DNA of 64,000 nt from Camelus ferus (Eukaryota): assembly GCF_009834535.1 (NCBI RefSeq), contig NC_045699.1:9858001-9922000 (forward strand). The letters are read 5' to 3'. Both the position numbers and the translations under genes were made by a program. Of this stretch, positions 33,794 to 44,090 are shown piece after piece; position 1 is the first letter of the stretch, and each line of letters opens with the position of its first letter. A model generated the notes under the pieces. It made no database searches, was not told the DNA's origin, and worked only from the letters and a program-made list of their open reading frames with translations.

Positions 33794-34626
33794 GTGAGAG
33801 CTGGAACTCGGCGGGGTGGGGGCGCGTGGAGTTGGCGGGGCGGGGCGGGGCGGGGGGAGGAGAGGGGTGGCAGGCTGCCGGGCTGCTGCGGCAGGCAGGA
33901 CACTGAGGGCGGCCCGCGGCAGTGGACCTGACGCCAGGAGTAGCCCGCGCAGCCCTCGGCATCAGGCCTCTGCTCCCGAGTTTCTGAGCGACCTGGGTTG
34001 GAGTATCGACCCTGGGAATCTCCGAGTGAGGCGTGCTCGGCCCTGCCCTCGTGGTCCCGGAGTTGAGGAGAGAGTCAGCTCTGTCCTTGAGGAACTTTTA
34101 GATGCGGGCTTTTGGCTCTGCCTCAGGGAGCTTGGGGTGTAGGGGCTTGACCCTGTCCTCTGGGCGCACGAAGTGAGGGGGCCTCGTCCCTGTCACCCCT
34201 CGGAGAGCCTAGGGTGAGGAACACGCAGTCTTGTTATCAGGGAATCCAGGGTGAGCCCCAGACCCTGTCCCAAGGAGCCCCAGCGGAGGGAAGTTCATCC
34301 CCAGTGCTAGGAAGTTTGGGGTGAGGGGGCGTGGCCAATGTTTGGGGAATTTGATCCTGTCTCAGGGACTCCAGGGTCGGGGAGGGTTATGGCCCTGTCC
34401 AAAGGAATGAGGTACAGCACCTTAGCAGGGTGAGGAGGCAGGGCCCCCTGTCTTGGAGGTGAGGCGATATGGTCCTGTTTCCTGGGGAGTCTGGGATGAG
34501 GAGCAGGGCCAAGTCTTAGAGGCCAGGGTGAGGGGTGGCCTGGACCACATTGCCTGCATTCCTCTGCCGCTTCCGTGCAGTGAGCAGCGAGATTCAGCCA
34601 GGACACAGCAACAGACAGCAAGCGGG

Positions 34627-35118
34627 ATGGAGCACTACCGGAAAGCTGGCTCTGTGGAACTCCCAGCACCTTCCCCGATGCCCCAGCTACCTCCTGATAC
34701 CCTGGAGATGCGGGTCCGAGATGGCAGCAAAATCCGCAACCTTCTGGGGCTGGCTCTGGGTCGGTTGGAAGGTGGCAGCGCAAGGCATGTGGTGTTCTCA
34801 GGTTCCGGCCGGGCTGCAGGCAAGGCTGTCAGCTGTGCTGAGATTGTCAAACGGCGGGTTCCAGGCCTTCACCAGCTTACCAAGCTGCGCTTCCTGCAGA
34901 CCGAGGACAGCTGGGTGCCAACCTCACCTGACACAGGCCTAGATCCCCTAACGGTACGCCGCCATGTGCCTGCGGTGTGGGTATTGCTCAGCCGGGACCC
35001 CCTGGACCCCAATGAATGTGGCTACCAGCCCCCAGGGGCACCCCCTGGCCTGGGCCCCACACCTAGCTCCAGCTGTGGCCCCCGACCCCGAAGAAGAGCT
35101 CGAGACTCCCGGTTCTGA
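34627..35118 (+). CDS. RPP25L: Ribonuclease P/MRP subunit p25-like protein (Alba fold), 163 aa, single coding exon
   Basis: MEHYRKAGSVELPAPSPMPQLPPDTLEMRVRDGSKIRNLLGLALGRLEGG...HVVFSGSGRAAGKAVSCAEIVKRR...RARDSRF*. PolyA signal AATAAA at 35407-35412. Confidence 0.96.
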   Translation: MEHYRKAGSVELPAPSPMPQLPPDTLEMRVRDGSKIRNLLGLALGRLEGGSARHVVFSGSGRAAGKAVSCAEIVKRRVPGLHQLTKLRFLQTEDSWVPTSPDTGLDPLTVRRHVPAVWVLLSRDPLDPNECGYQPPGAPPGLGPTPSSSCGPRPRRRARDSRF

Positions 35119-35670
35119 GGACCTGCTGAGCAAGCTCTTCTCCAGGCCTGTGTGTCTAAGATGGCTTTGCCTTCTTTGAGAAGACTCTGTAACTGCTCAA
35201 CATCTCGAACAAGACTTGAGTCTGCAGAACTGAGCCTCCCAGTCCTGCTTCGATTTCTGTCTGGCTTGTAGAAAGGGACTGCTATGAAGAGTGACAGCTG
35301 TGGGGTCTCTCCCGGGTTCTGGATTGCTTAAGAGAGACTTACTCTGCCTTCTACCTGCAGTATCTCTGATCTGCCTTCTGACAGAGGTCCTGGGAGTGGG
35401 CTGGGAAATAAATCATTTGTCTGATGAGCCTCTGCTTGGCCTACTGTGTAGAGGCGGGATTAAGAGTGTGGGAGTCACCCCAGGAGCTCACAGGCTGCAG
35501 ACAGGAAGGGTAGGCTCAGGTTAGTGCTGGGAGGATCTGGAGTCAATAAGAAGCCTCAAACAGTAACCTCCCTGACTGTGTCTAGACCCCTGGGTGGCTG
35601 TCTGCTGCCTGTTTGGGGCTGGTTTAAGGACTCTACTAGGTCACACATTTTTTTCTATCTGCAGCATATA

Positions 35671-36138
35671 CAGACATATCTCATTTTATTGCACTTCTCA
35701 GATACTGCGTTTTTTTACAAAGTGAGAGTTTGTTGCAAATCTGCATTGAACAAATCTGTCGGCGCCATTTCTCCAACAGCATTTGCTCACTTCGTTTCTC
35801 TGTATCACATTTTCATAATTCTCACAATATCTCAGATTTTTTTCATTATTNNNNNNNNNNNNNNNNNNNNNNNNNNNNNNNNNNNNNNNNNNNNNNNNNN
35901 NNNNNNNNNNNNNNNNNNNNNNNNNNNNNNNNNNNNNNNNNNNNNNNNNNNNNNNNNNNNNNNNNNNNNNNNNNNNNNNNNNNNNNNNNNNNNNNNNNNN
36001 NNNNNNNNNNNNNGTAGAGTGTAACCATAACTTGTATATAGTGGGAAACCGAAAATTTTGTGTGACTTGCTGTATTGAGATCTTCATTTTGTTGAGGTGG
36101 TCTGGAACTGAATCCACACTATCTCTGACGTATGCCTG
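35671..36138 (+). mobile_element. Tigger1-type TcMar DNA transposon, internally deleted (N gap 35851-36013 inside)
   Basis: 5' end TA|CAGACATATCTCATTTTATTGCACTT...TTTTTCATTATT and 3' end ...ATCTCTGACGTATGCCTG. Confidence 0.85.
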
Positions 36139-36144
36139 CATTAT

Positions 36145-36325
36145 GGTGTAGTAGTTAAGATCATGGTCTTGGGGCACCAGACTACCTCGATTTGAATCCT
36201 GATTTGGCCAGTTAATTAGCAAATTACTGCTCCTGCCTCAGTGTTCTCATCTATAAAACAGGATATAGTGCTTACCTCATAGGGCTGTTATAAGGATTAA
36301 ATGTAGGAATAGGTGTATAGGATTC
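36145..36325 (+). mobile_element. MIR SINE
   Basis: GGTGTAGTAGTTAAGATCATGG...GCCTCAGTGTTCTCATCTATAAAACAGG...CTCATAGGGCTGTTATAAGGATTAAATG. Confidence 0.8.
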
Positions 36326-36356
36326 TTAGATCATATATATACACCTGGGCCTATAT

Positions 36357-36520
36357 ACAGTCAGATCTGCACATCTGTGGATGCAGAACCCGTGGATACA
36401 GAGGGCTGACTGTACTATACCATCCTGTGTAAGGGACTTGAGCATCTGCAGATTTTGGTAAAAAAAAAAGTCCAGGGGAGCTCTGGAACTAATTCCCTGA
36501 GGATACCAAGGGATGACTGC
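36357..36520. mobile_element. MER2/Tigger-family MITE remnant
   Basis: TACAGTCAG...GGATGCAGAACCCGTGGATACAGAGGGCTGACTGTA...GGATACCAAGGGATGACTG. Confidence 0.7.
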
Positions 36521-38795
36521 AAATATTAATTGCTCTCATTATTAATGACTCAGCTTACAAACATGCTTTTGCCTAAAAAACATAACTTCTATCCCACATC
36601 TCCCCTCCAGGTCTTTCGTTTTTACCCCTTGCTGCTTCTTTTCTACCTCACCTTGGCCGTAGACTCTCAGATTCACCACGGTCAGGTCAGGGGCATGAGG
36701 AGAAAGGTGAAGATTGCAGTGGTAGCCAGGGTTGCCAGGAACCAGAGCAGGATCATGGGCAGTGGTAGACTAAGTGAAGAGTTGAGTGAATTGGGTCCCC
36801 CACTGGATTTTAAGGTCTTCTCTGTTGTGTCCAGTATCCTGGGTGTCCAGTCACCAGGAAAGCACACGGTTAGGGCTCTTTTGGGCTAATGTGGAAAGGT
36901 GGGCACAGCAGTTTGAGAGTGTTGAAGTGATGCTTGGCTGAGTGCAGGCAGGAGGGGCTGAGATATTGGGAGAGTTGGAGTTGGGAGACTGGAGGCCTCA
37001 ATAAGGGCTTCTTAGAGCAGGGATGAGGGGACCACAAGGCCAGGAGGCTATGGTCAAAACTTCGAACTTTTTTGCTTTCCAAGATAAGTTGCCCAGAGTG
37101 GAGGATGGAGATTTGAGGGATATTAGGAGAGACAGGAAACCCTTTCAGCAGCTGCCCAGCCAGGCCTCTCAACTGCAGAAGGTCATGAAGCATCTAACAC
37201 TCCAAGAGGCTGTGGTCATGACTCAGGTGTCTTGCTACCAGCAACTGCCTGACTTCTCCCCATTCTCTTTGTGACTAATTCAGGGTTTTTGCATCCCCCC
37301 ACTGTCAGCTTCTGCTTATTGCCTTTTCTCTGAGCAACTCCACTTAAGTGTCTTCTACCATCAACAGCTCTCTGAGTGTCACTGGTCCCCAGAGCCTTAG
37401 GGCCAGGCTACTTGCAGACTGTTGATCTTTGGCTCCGTATCCCATCCTGATCCAGTCTGCTGTGGCCAGGGTGTGATGATCATGTGGAATAAGCATGGTG
37501 ACTGGTGCTGAGGGAATGGTTCAGCAAGGTGGCATCACCAGCTCCAGGGGTCCTAGGATGAACTCCTCATTAAGGCGCCACCCGGGGTCTCCAGGATGAT
37601 GGCAGGGGTAGTGTGGAGGGAAACTGAGCTGAGGTCAGAATCCCTTGGGGAGAACAGGATCTGCAGCCCAGAATCAGGAGAGAGGACACAGGCTGAGGGA
37701 GAGATGGCTAGTGATTCTGGGGCCTTTCCTCTCCTTGGCTTCTGCAGGGCCCACAGGGGACCCACAGGAGGAACGGCAGGGAGGGAGCCAGAGGGAAGTA
37801 GGGCCTTCAGAGTTGGAGAGCCTGACCAAGCTTAGGAGGGATGGAGCATGAGAGATGTGTATAATTGCTGATTCAATTTCTTTACTTCCCACTTTCTCCT
37901 TCATCCACTGTAATATGGCTTCTTCCTCCATAATCTCTTAGAAAAGGTTATGCCTGGGCACAAAAGGTAAGGAATTAGAGACAGCTTTTTCAAAAAACTG
38001 TATTGTGATGGGAGAGAGGTAATTGGGATACAGAGAGAGTTTTATTTATTTGTTTATTTTTAATGCATTGGAGACTTGAGCATGTGTGTAGGCTGATGGA
38101 GGGGGCCTATAGTGAAAGAGACGAAAGATTCAGGAGACTGGGTAACTCCAGTGAGACTCCTTGGGGGAGGGCGGTGGTGAAAGGAAGCGGGCCTGGGAGC
38201 AAGGAGGTAAGGGAAGAGGAGAAATGACCCCCTACAACAGGAGGGAAGGAGCTGAGGATGGCTCTTACGCATGCGGATGGGTGTGGAGGTAAAGGTGGGA
38301 CGTGAGGGGATTCAGAGAGTTCAGAAGGCTTCTAATCTCTGGAAGCAGGAGCACTGCTCTGCTGGTGAGAGTGGAGCGAGGAGGCTGGTGGGAAGGAAGT
38401 GTGAGATGGTTGCTGCAACTGGGAAAGTTACCCAAGGAGGTACAGGAGGGTGACCAGGCAGGGCTGAAAGCTCAGGTGAGGCTGGTGACCATGAACTTGT
38501 AATGTCACCAGTCACGGGGTGTGAGCTCCAGCAGCACCCACAGGTGCTGAGGTGAAGACTCAGAGGAAGCACTGTTGCATTCTTCTAGACTGAGGTTAAG
38601 ACGGGCAGGAATGATGGAAGAATAGTGAGGACGCTAGCAAGAAACTGCACGTGGTGAAAGGTCATGGAATCCAAACTGAGTCAGGAAAGAAAGAAGTGAA
38701 GATACAAAGGGCCAAGGGTCAGTGGCCTGGCGGTCCCTGTGGAGATGTCTGGGGTGGGCCAGGGTAGGGAGAGATGAGAACAAGGTGTCAGAGCT

Positions 38796-39238
38796 GTGAA
38801 GTGTCTAGGGCTTGCCATGACAAAGTGTCACCTACTGGGTGGCCTACAACAACAGAAATGTCCGGTCTCACATTTTGGGAGACTAGAAGTTCGAAATCAA
38901 GGTGTCAGAGCCATTTTCCCTCCAAAACCTGCAGGGGAACCCTTCCTTGACTCTTCCTGGCTTCTGGCTTGCCAGCAGTCTTTGGCCTTCTTGGCTTTGG
39001 GATGCATTACTCCAATCACCCATCTTCACGNNNNNNNNNNNNNNNNNNNNNNNNNNNNNNNNNNNNNNNNNNNNNNNNNNNNNNNNNNNNNNNNNNNNNN
39101 NNNNNNNNNNNNNNNNNNNNNNNNNNNNNNNNNNNNNNNNNNNNNNNNNNNNNNNNNNNNNNNNNNNTCACATTTTGAGGTATTAGGGGTTAGGACTTCA
39201 ACATAGTTTTATGGAGGGAAGCAATTCAACACATAACA
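38796..39238 (-). mobile_element. MLT1 (ERVL-MaLR) solo LTR, with N gap 39031-39167
   Basis: AACAACAGAAATG...TCTCACATTTTGGGAGACTAGAAGTTCGAAATCAAGGTGTCAG...TTAGGGGTTAGGACTTCAACATA...CAATTCAACACATAACA. Confidence 0.8.
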
Positions 39239-39559
39239 GTAGCTAAAGGATGAAATGAAGGCCATCAGTGAGTTTGAGAGTTTTGGGAGCTGACAGGACT
39301 TGGTTGTGGGCATGAGAGTAGAGTGCTGCCTGGAGGGAAAGTCACTCACGATAAGGAGCTAAGAGGCTGGGGACTGCGGTGGTATGTGTGCTGAGTTGGG
39401 GAGCATCCAGGATACGATGTGCTGAGCTTTCTCACTACCTACCTGAGAAGAGGCATGTCTAGTGAGCTTGTCAGTCTTGAAATGGGGACTTCAGGACACA
39501 ATAGGACCAGAGGAGTTGCATATCTCCAACATGCAGGCAGGCTCCAAGTCTTGCCGATT

Positions 39560-39980
39560 TTGCTTCCGAGATCTCTCTCCATTCCCACAGCCTCCATTGG
39601 TTTGCGCCCATCATTGTCTTGCAAACCTAGCCACTGGCTGTTCCCTTTGTTAGAATGCTCATCTGCCAGATACCTGCATGGCTGTCTCCCTCCCTCCTTT
39701 AAGCCTTTTCTCAAATGTCACCTCAAGGAGGCCTACTCTGACCACTCCATTTAAAATTGCACATCTGATCTCCCTTACCCTGCCTTTTTTCTTTTTTCCT
39801 TTTTTGCCTTTGAATATAATTTACGCCTTTAATATTTTTGTTTGTTGTCTGTCTCCTCCTGATGAGAATGTACACTCTGAATGGTCAGGAATCTGTTTTG
39901 TTCAGTGATGTAACCTATGGCTCTTGAACATCGCTTGGCACATAGTAGGTGCTCCATAAATATTTAATAGGTGAATGAAT
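39560..39980 (+). mobile_element. L2 3' end
   Basis: CTCAAATGTCACCTC...GGCACATAGTAGGTGCTCCATAAATATTTAATAGGTGAATGAAT. Confidence 0.75.
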
Positions 39981-41989
39981 ATTGAGCCTCCAAGTGTGTG
40001 GCCACACCCGGATCTGTCATTCTTCTGCTCCCTTAGTCTCCCCATGCTCAGATTAGAAGATAAGATCCAAATCCATTCACCAGATGGCCTTAAAGGACCC
40101 CCTTTATTGGGCACTTCCATGGCACAGTCCGTCTTTGGCTTGGTCCCCTTGGACCCTGGGCTGTGGCCACACTATTCCTCACTCGTCCCACTTGCCATGA
40201 GACTTTTCTGCGTCTGAGCCTTTACTCTTGCCATTCTGTCTGCTTACAGCTCATCAAGAATGTTCAAAGGACACCGGTGGCTCTCTCTCTTCAGGCCCAG
40301 CCTGCTCACTTTCCCCTGTTTGCTTGGAGCTCAGGAATCAGGCCTGGTCTCTAAGGCACCTCCCCTCCCAGGTGATGTCTGGCTGCACTTCTGAGTCTGT
40401 CCACAAGATGGCGGCATTTGCAAAGGAATAGCCTATCCGTTCCCTTTGCAGGATCTGTGCAGAAAGACAGACAGTCAAGGCTTGAAATTTGCCTTCAGTA
40501 GGCTCAGTGACCTCTCAGTTATCCAACAAATAGCTAACCATCACCCATTATGGGACAAATATAGTCACTGGGCTGGGACACTCCAGCCCCCTGAGGGCTA
40601 TAAGCCATGTATGTAGATGATTTTACTATTGGTGTGATAAGCACAGAAATTTGGGAGGTTCATCAGACTGGAAGAATTCAGAGCCCCTCCTCCAGTCTCC
40701 AGGGACAGGCAAAGCTTCAAAGAGAAGGAGGTAATGCCTGTGTAGAATCCTGAAGAAGAGCTAGGAGAAAAGTGGAAAGGACATTCTGGGTAAAGAGCAG
40801 GCCTGAGCTAAAGCGTAGAGGTGAGAAGAACACAGGTAGATCACTGGAGCCTGAAGTTCAGAGCAGGGACAGTGAGGAATGAGGCGCAGAGGTGGGTGGG
40901 GGGCGGGACCGGAAAGGCCTGAGTGCCTGGCCAAGGAGCTTGGACTTTTCTTGTGGGTGATGGAGAGTCTGAAGGCTTTAAGGGGGCAGTGATGTGGAAT
41001 ATCAGCCTGATGTTTCAGGCTGCTGCAGTGTGGAAGGTGGATTGGGAGCACAGGGCAGGGAGAGCAGCGAGGAGGCGGCTGTAGGGATCCAGCGGGAGAC
41101 AGTGAAGCTAAAATTGTGGCTGGAGCGGGCTCTGGAGAAGCCCCTCCCAGCCTACGAGAGCTTTCAAGGCTTGGCACTTTGAAAGGTTTCTTGACCCCCA
41201 GCACCCTCTTCCCAACCATCGGAGCTGCCTCAGTTCTCTGTTCCTGAGACTCCTTTGGGCTCTATCCTAGCCCCTCTGGTTATTCTGGCTACAACCAGGC
41301 CTCTGTCAGTTTCCACGTGGAGGCCACAATGTCCCAGGTCCCTCTCTGTTGGTAGATGTATTGCCTTTAGCTGAGCCTACACCCCAGCCCCTCTAAGTGT
41401 GATCCCTTCATGCACTCCCTTCTTTGACTCCAGAGAGGAGTGTGACCAAAGGGCCTCCTCCACCAGGGAGCCAGAGTGAGCACTGGTCACTCACTGCCAT
41501 GCCCGCTCCATCAGAGTTCATGTGCACACACGTGCAAGGGCATGCATGCAAGTGTACTGTTGGTAGGACTGATGCTGAGGGAAGGGCATTCCTGGAAGGC
41601 AGAGGCGCATCACCTGAGGAAAGATCTGGAGGAAGGAGAGTACAGGGAAGTGTTTGGGGAGCAGCGGGGGAATGTCATTAGCAGGGCCTGGCAGCGACAG
41701 GTCAGGGCCTGTGAGGTCAGGCCTGGAACCATACCGTGTACTGCAAGCAGGGGGCACCACAGCCAGGTTTTGAGCAGTAATTGGGAGAGTCACCTTCATT
41801 CACAGTCTCATGAATATGCACAGAAACCTGTTGAATTATGCAGATAGAAAGGATGTAAATACATATGCAAATTTGGTGCTGCCCTCCCTGTTGCTATGGA
41901 AACCAAAGAATAGCAAGGGGGGTCCAAACCCTGGGGAGACCAGGCTGGAGAGACTGGAGACCAGGAGACTCTCCTCTGTTGCCTGCTTT

Positions 41990-42480
41990 TCCCATTCCTG
42001 CTGTTTTGATCTCATTCTCTGCCTCACTCTGCCTTTGTCTCCCTTTGCCTTGCTCTCTCTCCATGTCTCTGCCTCTCTTGATCGTTGTGTCTCTCTCTCT
42101 GTCTTCTCCATCTCTGTTTCTTCCTCCTGGTTTTTTTTATTTTTTTCCTGTCTCCTGGTCTCTGAGTGTCTGTCTGTGTCTGCATATTGTTGACTCCATG
42201 TCATTGTTGCTCTGTGACTGAGATACTGTTTCTCTCTGAATCCATGTCTCTCCCTATCTTTGTCTCTGTGACTTTAATTCCATAGCTCCCCCTCCTTCTG
42301 CATCTCCTTGTCTCTGTGTCTCTGACTCACATCTTTCTCTCTCTGCATCTCTATTTTTGTGTCTGACTCTGTCTTCGATTGTGTCTGTCTCTCGGTCTCT
42401 CTCCCAGGTTCTCTCTCTCTTCTCTTTTGCTCTGACTCTGTCTCTCTGAACCTCTTGTCCCAATGCTTGTCTCCATCTGA
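41990..42480. repeat. (TCTCTG)n-like low-complexity tract
   Basis: Dense TCTCTG/TGTCTC repeats. Confidence 0.8.
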
Positions 42481-43949
42481 TGGGGACATGAAGCTGCACA
42501 TCTGTCCTTGCCTGATGGGATGCTCCACCCCGGCCCAGCTGCCCAAATATGCAAGGATCCCTAGGCGCTCTCCCCACGTAAAACCCTGCTTTTGGTCTGG
42601 CCCCTGTCACAGTGTTGGCACAGTGTCTCCATGACAGGCTCAGGCTGACTGCCAGGACACCAGGGCTCCCAGCCTCTGCCTGCTGTGTGACCCTGCCTAG
42701 TGTGTCTCCCTCTCTGGATCTGTAGCCCCATCTCTCTCTCCTTGAAGCTGGTGGGCACCTTGAGGTAATGATGTGCTGGAAATAGGGAATTGAGAGGCAA
42801 GTCTTAATGGCTCACCCATCTGGCCCTCTGCCCAGGGGCTGACGTGAGGGGCCTGGCTGGGGCCCAGGTGTGGGGGCGTCTGGGGCTAGTTGAGACCGAT
42901 CCTGACCCCCAGAGAAGACTCCACGCTGAGCCACAGAGTCAAACAGCAGCCTTTCCACAGTCTGTCCATGCTCCTGCCTGCTGGAGCCTCAGCCATCCAG
43001 CTCCCTGTTTGGGGTCTTTGATTGCCCCTCCTTCGTTTGGTTTACATTCACAGAGCACCTATTTCACACATGCTTTCTGCCTTCACAGATCCACAGTGAT
43101 ACAGAAATGACCACTGGACTTTTTGTATCCCCCCCACCCTCCCACGAAGGGGCTCATTGGTCCCAGTGAAGAACCCAGACCCTTCAACTCCCAGTTTCCT
43201 ATCCCTGTGGCTCCCGTTTGGGGGTGCAAAGTATATGCGGCTGCCAAAGTCACGGATCAAGGTTACGAGACAGAGACATGTCTCCTTACAGGGCTCAGGA
43301 AGGGGTATGGGGAGTTCAGAGCAGGACGTGGGGTGAGGGTGGGAGGAGTGTCTTGAGGGCAGGTAGGCCACGCCACGTGGAGCTGGAGGGCTTCCCCTTT
43401 CGGGCAGGCGGCCTTACCTCCAAGCAGGCACTAGATATGGGGGATCTGGCTTGGGCCCAGGTGTGGGGTGGTCGGAGCAGTCAGGGCAAGAGACTGCCAG
43501 GCCGAGCCCCCAGCAGTCCTGCCCCTCCAGGGAGGACACAGACACAGTCACTCTTCCCACCAACGGCGATTCACTCATGTTTGGGCCCAGGTGTGGTCCT
43601 GCTGCCAGGAATTCTGCGTCTGAATTAAAAACCTCCCTGGATGCCCCACCCCACCTGACCTGGGCCAGTTGTGCCAAAACGGGTTGGAACAGGGTCAAAC
43701 AGGGCGGTCGGGGGAGCTGAGGGCAGAGCTAGACATGTGAAGAGGACAAGGGATCAGGAGAAAGGTGGGGAGACAAAGACTCGGCGATAGAGAATCATGT
43801 AGATAGGGAGTTGGAGAGAAAGACTATGGCAGACAGAGGAGGAGACAGAGACACTGATGGGAAAAAGCCAAGGCCAAAGGGGGCTCTGGTCCCCACCAGA
43901 CTGGTGCTTCTCACTTGACTGAATCACCTCATTTAGTTGCATCTTCACA

Positions 43950-44090
43950 GCAGTCGTAGGAAATAGGCACTATTAATTACCATCCCATTTCACTCCTGAG
44001 GTAATTGAGGCACAGAGACGTTAAGTCACTTGCCTGAGGCCACAAAGCCGGTAAGTGGTGGAGTAGCTATTTGATCCCTTCAGTCTCTCC
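43950..44090 (-). mobile_element. MIR SINE
   Basis: CCCATTTCACTCCTGAGGTAATTGAGGCACAGAGACGTTAAGTCACTTGCCTGAGGCCACA. Confidence 0.8.

Noticed and set aside
33411-33962. 183-aa antisense ORF with AAGATGGCG context at the RPP25L promoter
   Set aside because: The strong-looking start is the reverse of the YY1 promoter motif; the frame is GC-rich with no homology.
34453-34626. 58-aa N-terminal extension of RPP25L in the ORF track
   Set aside because: Starts at a TTG in intron 1, upstream of the acceptor at 34580.
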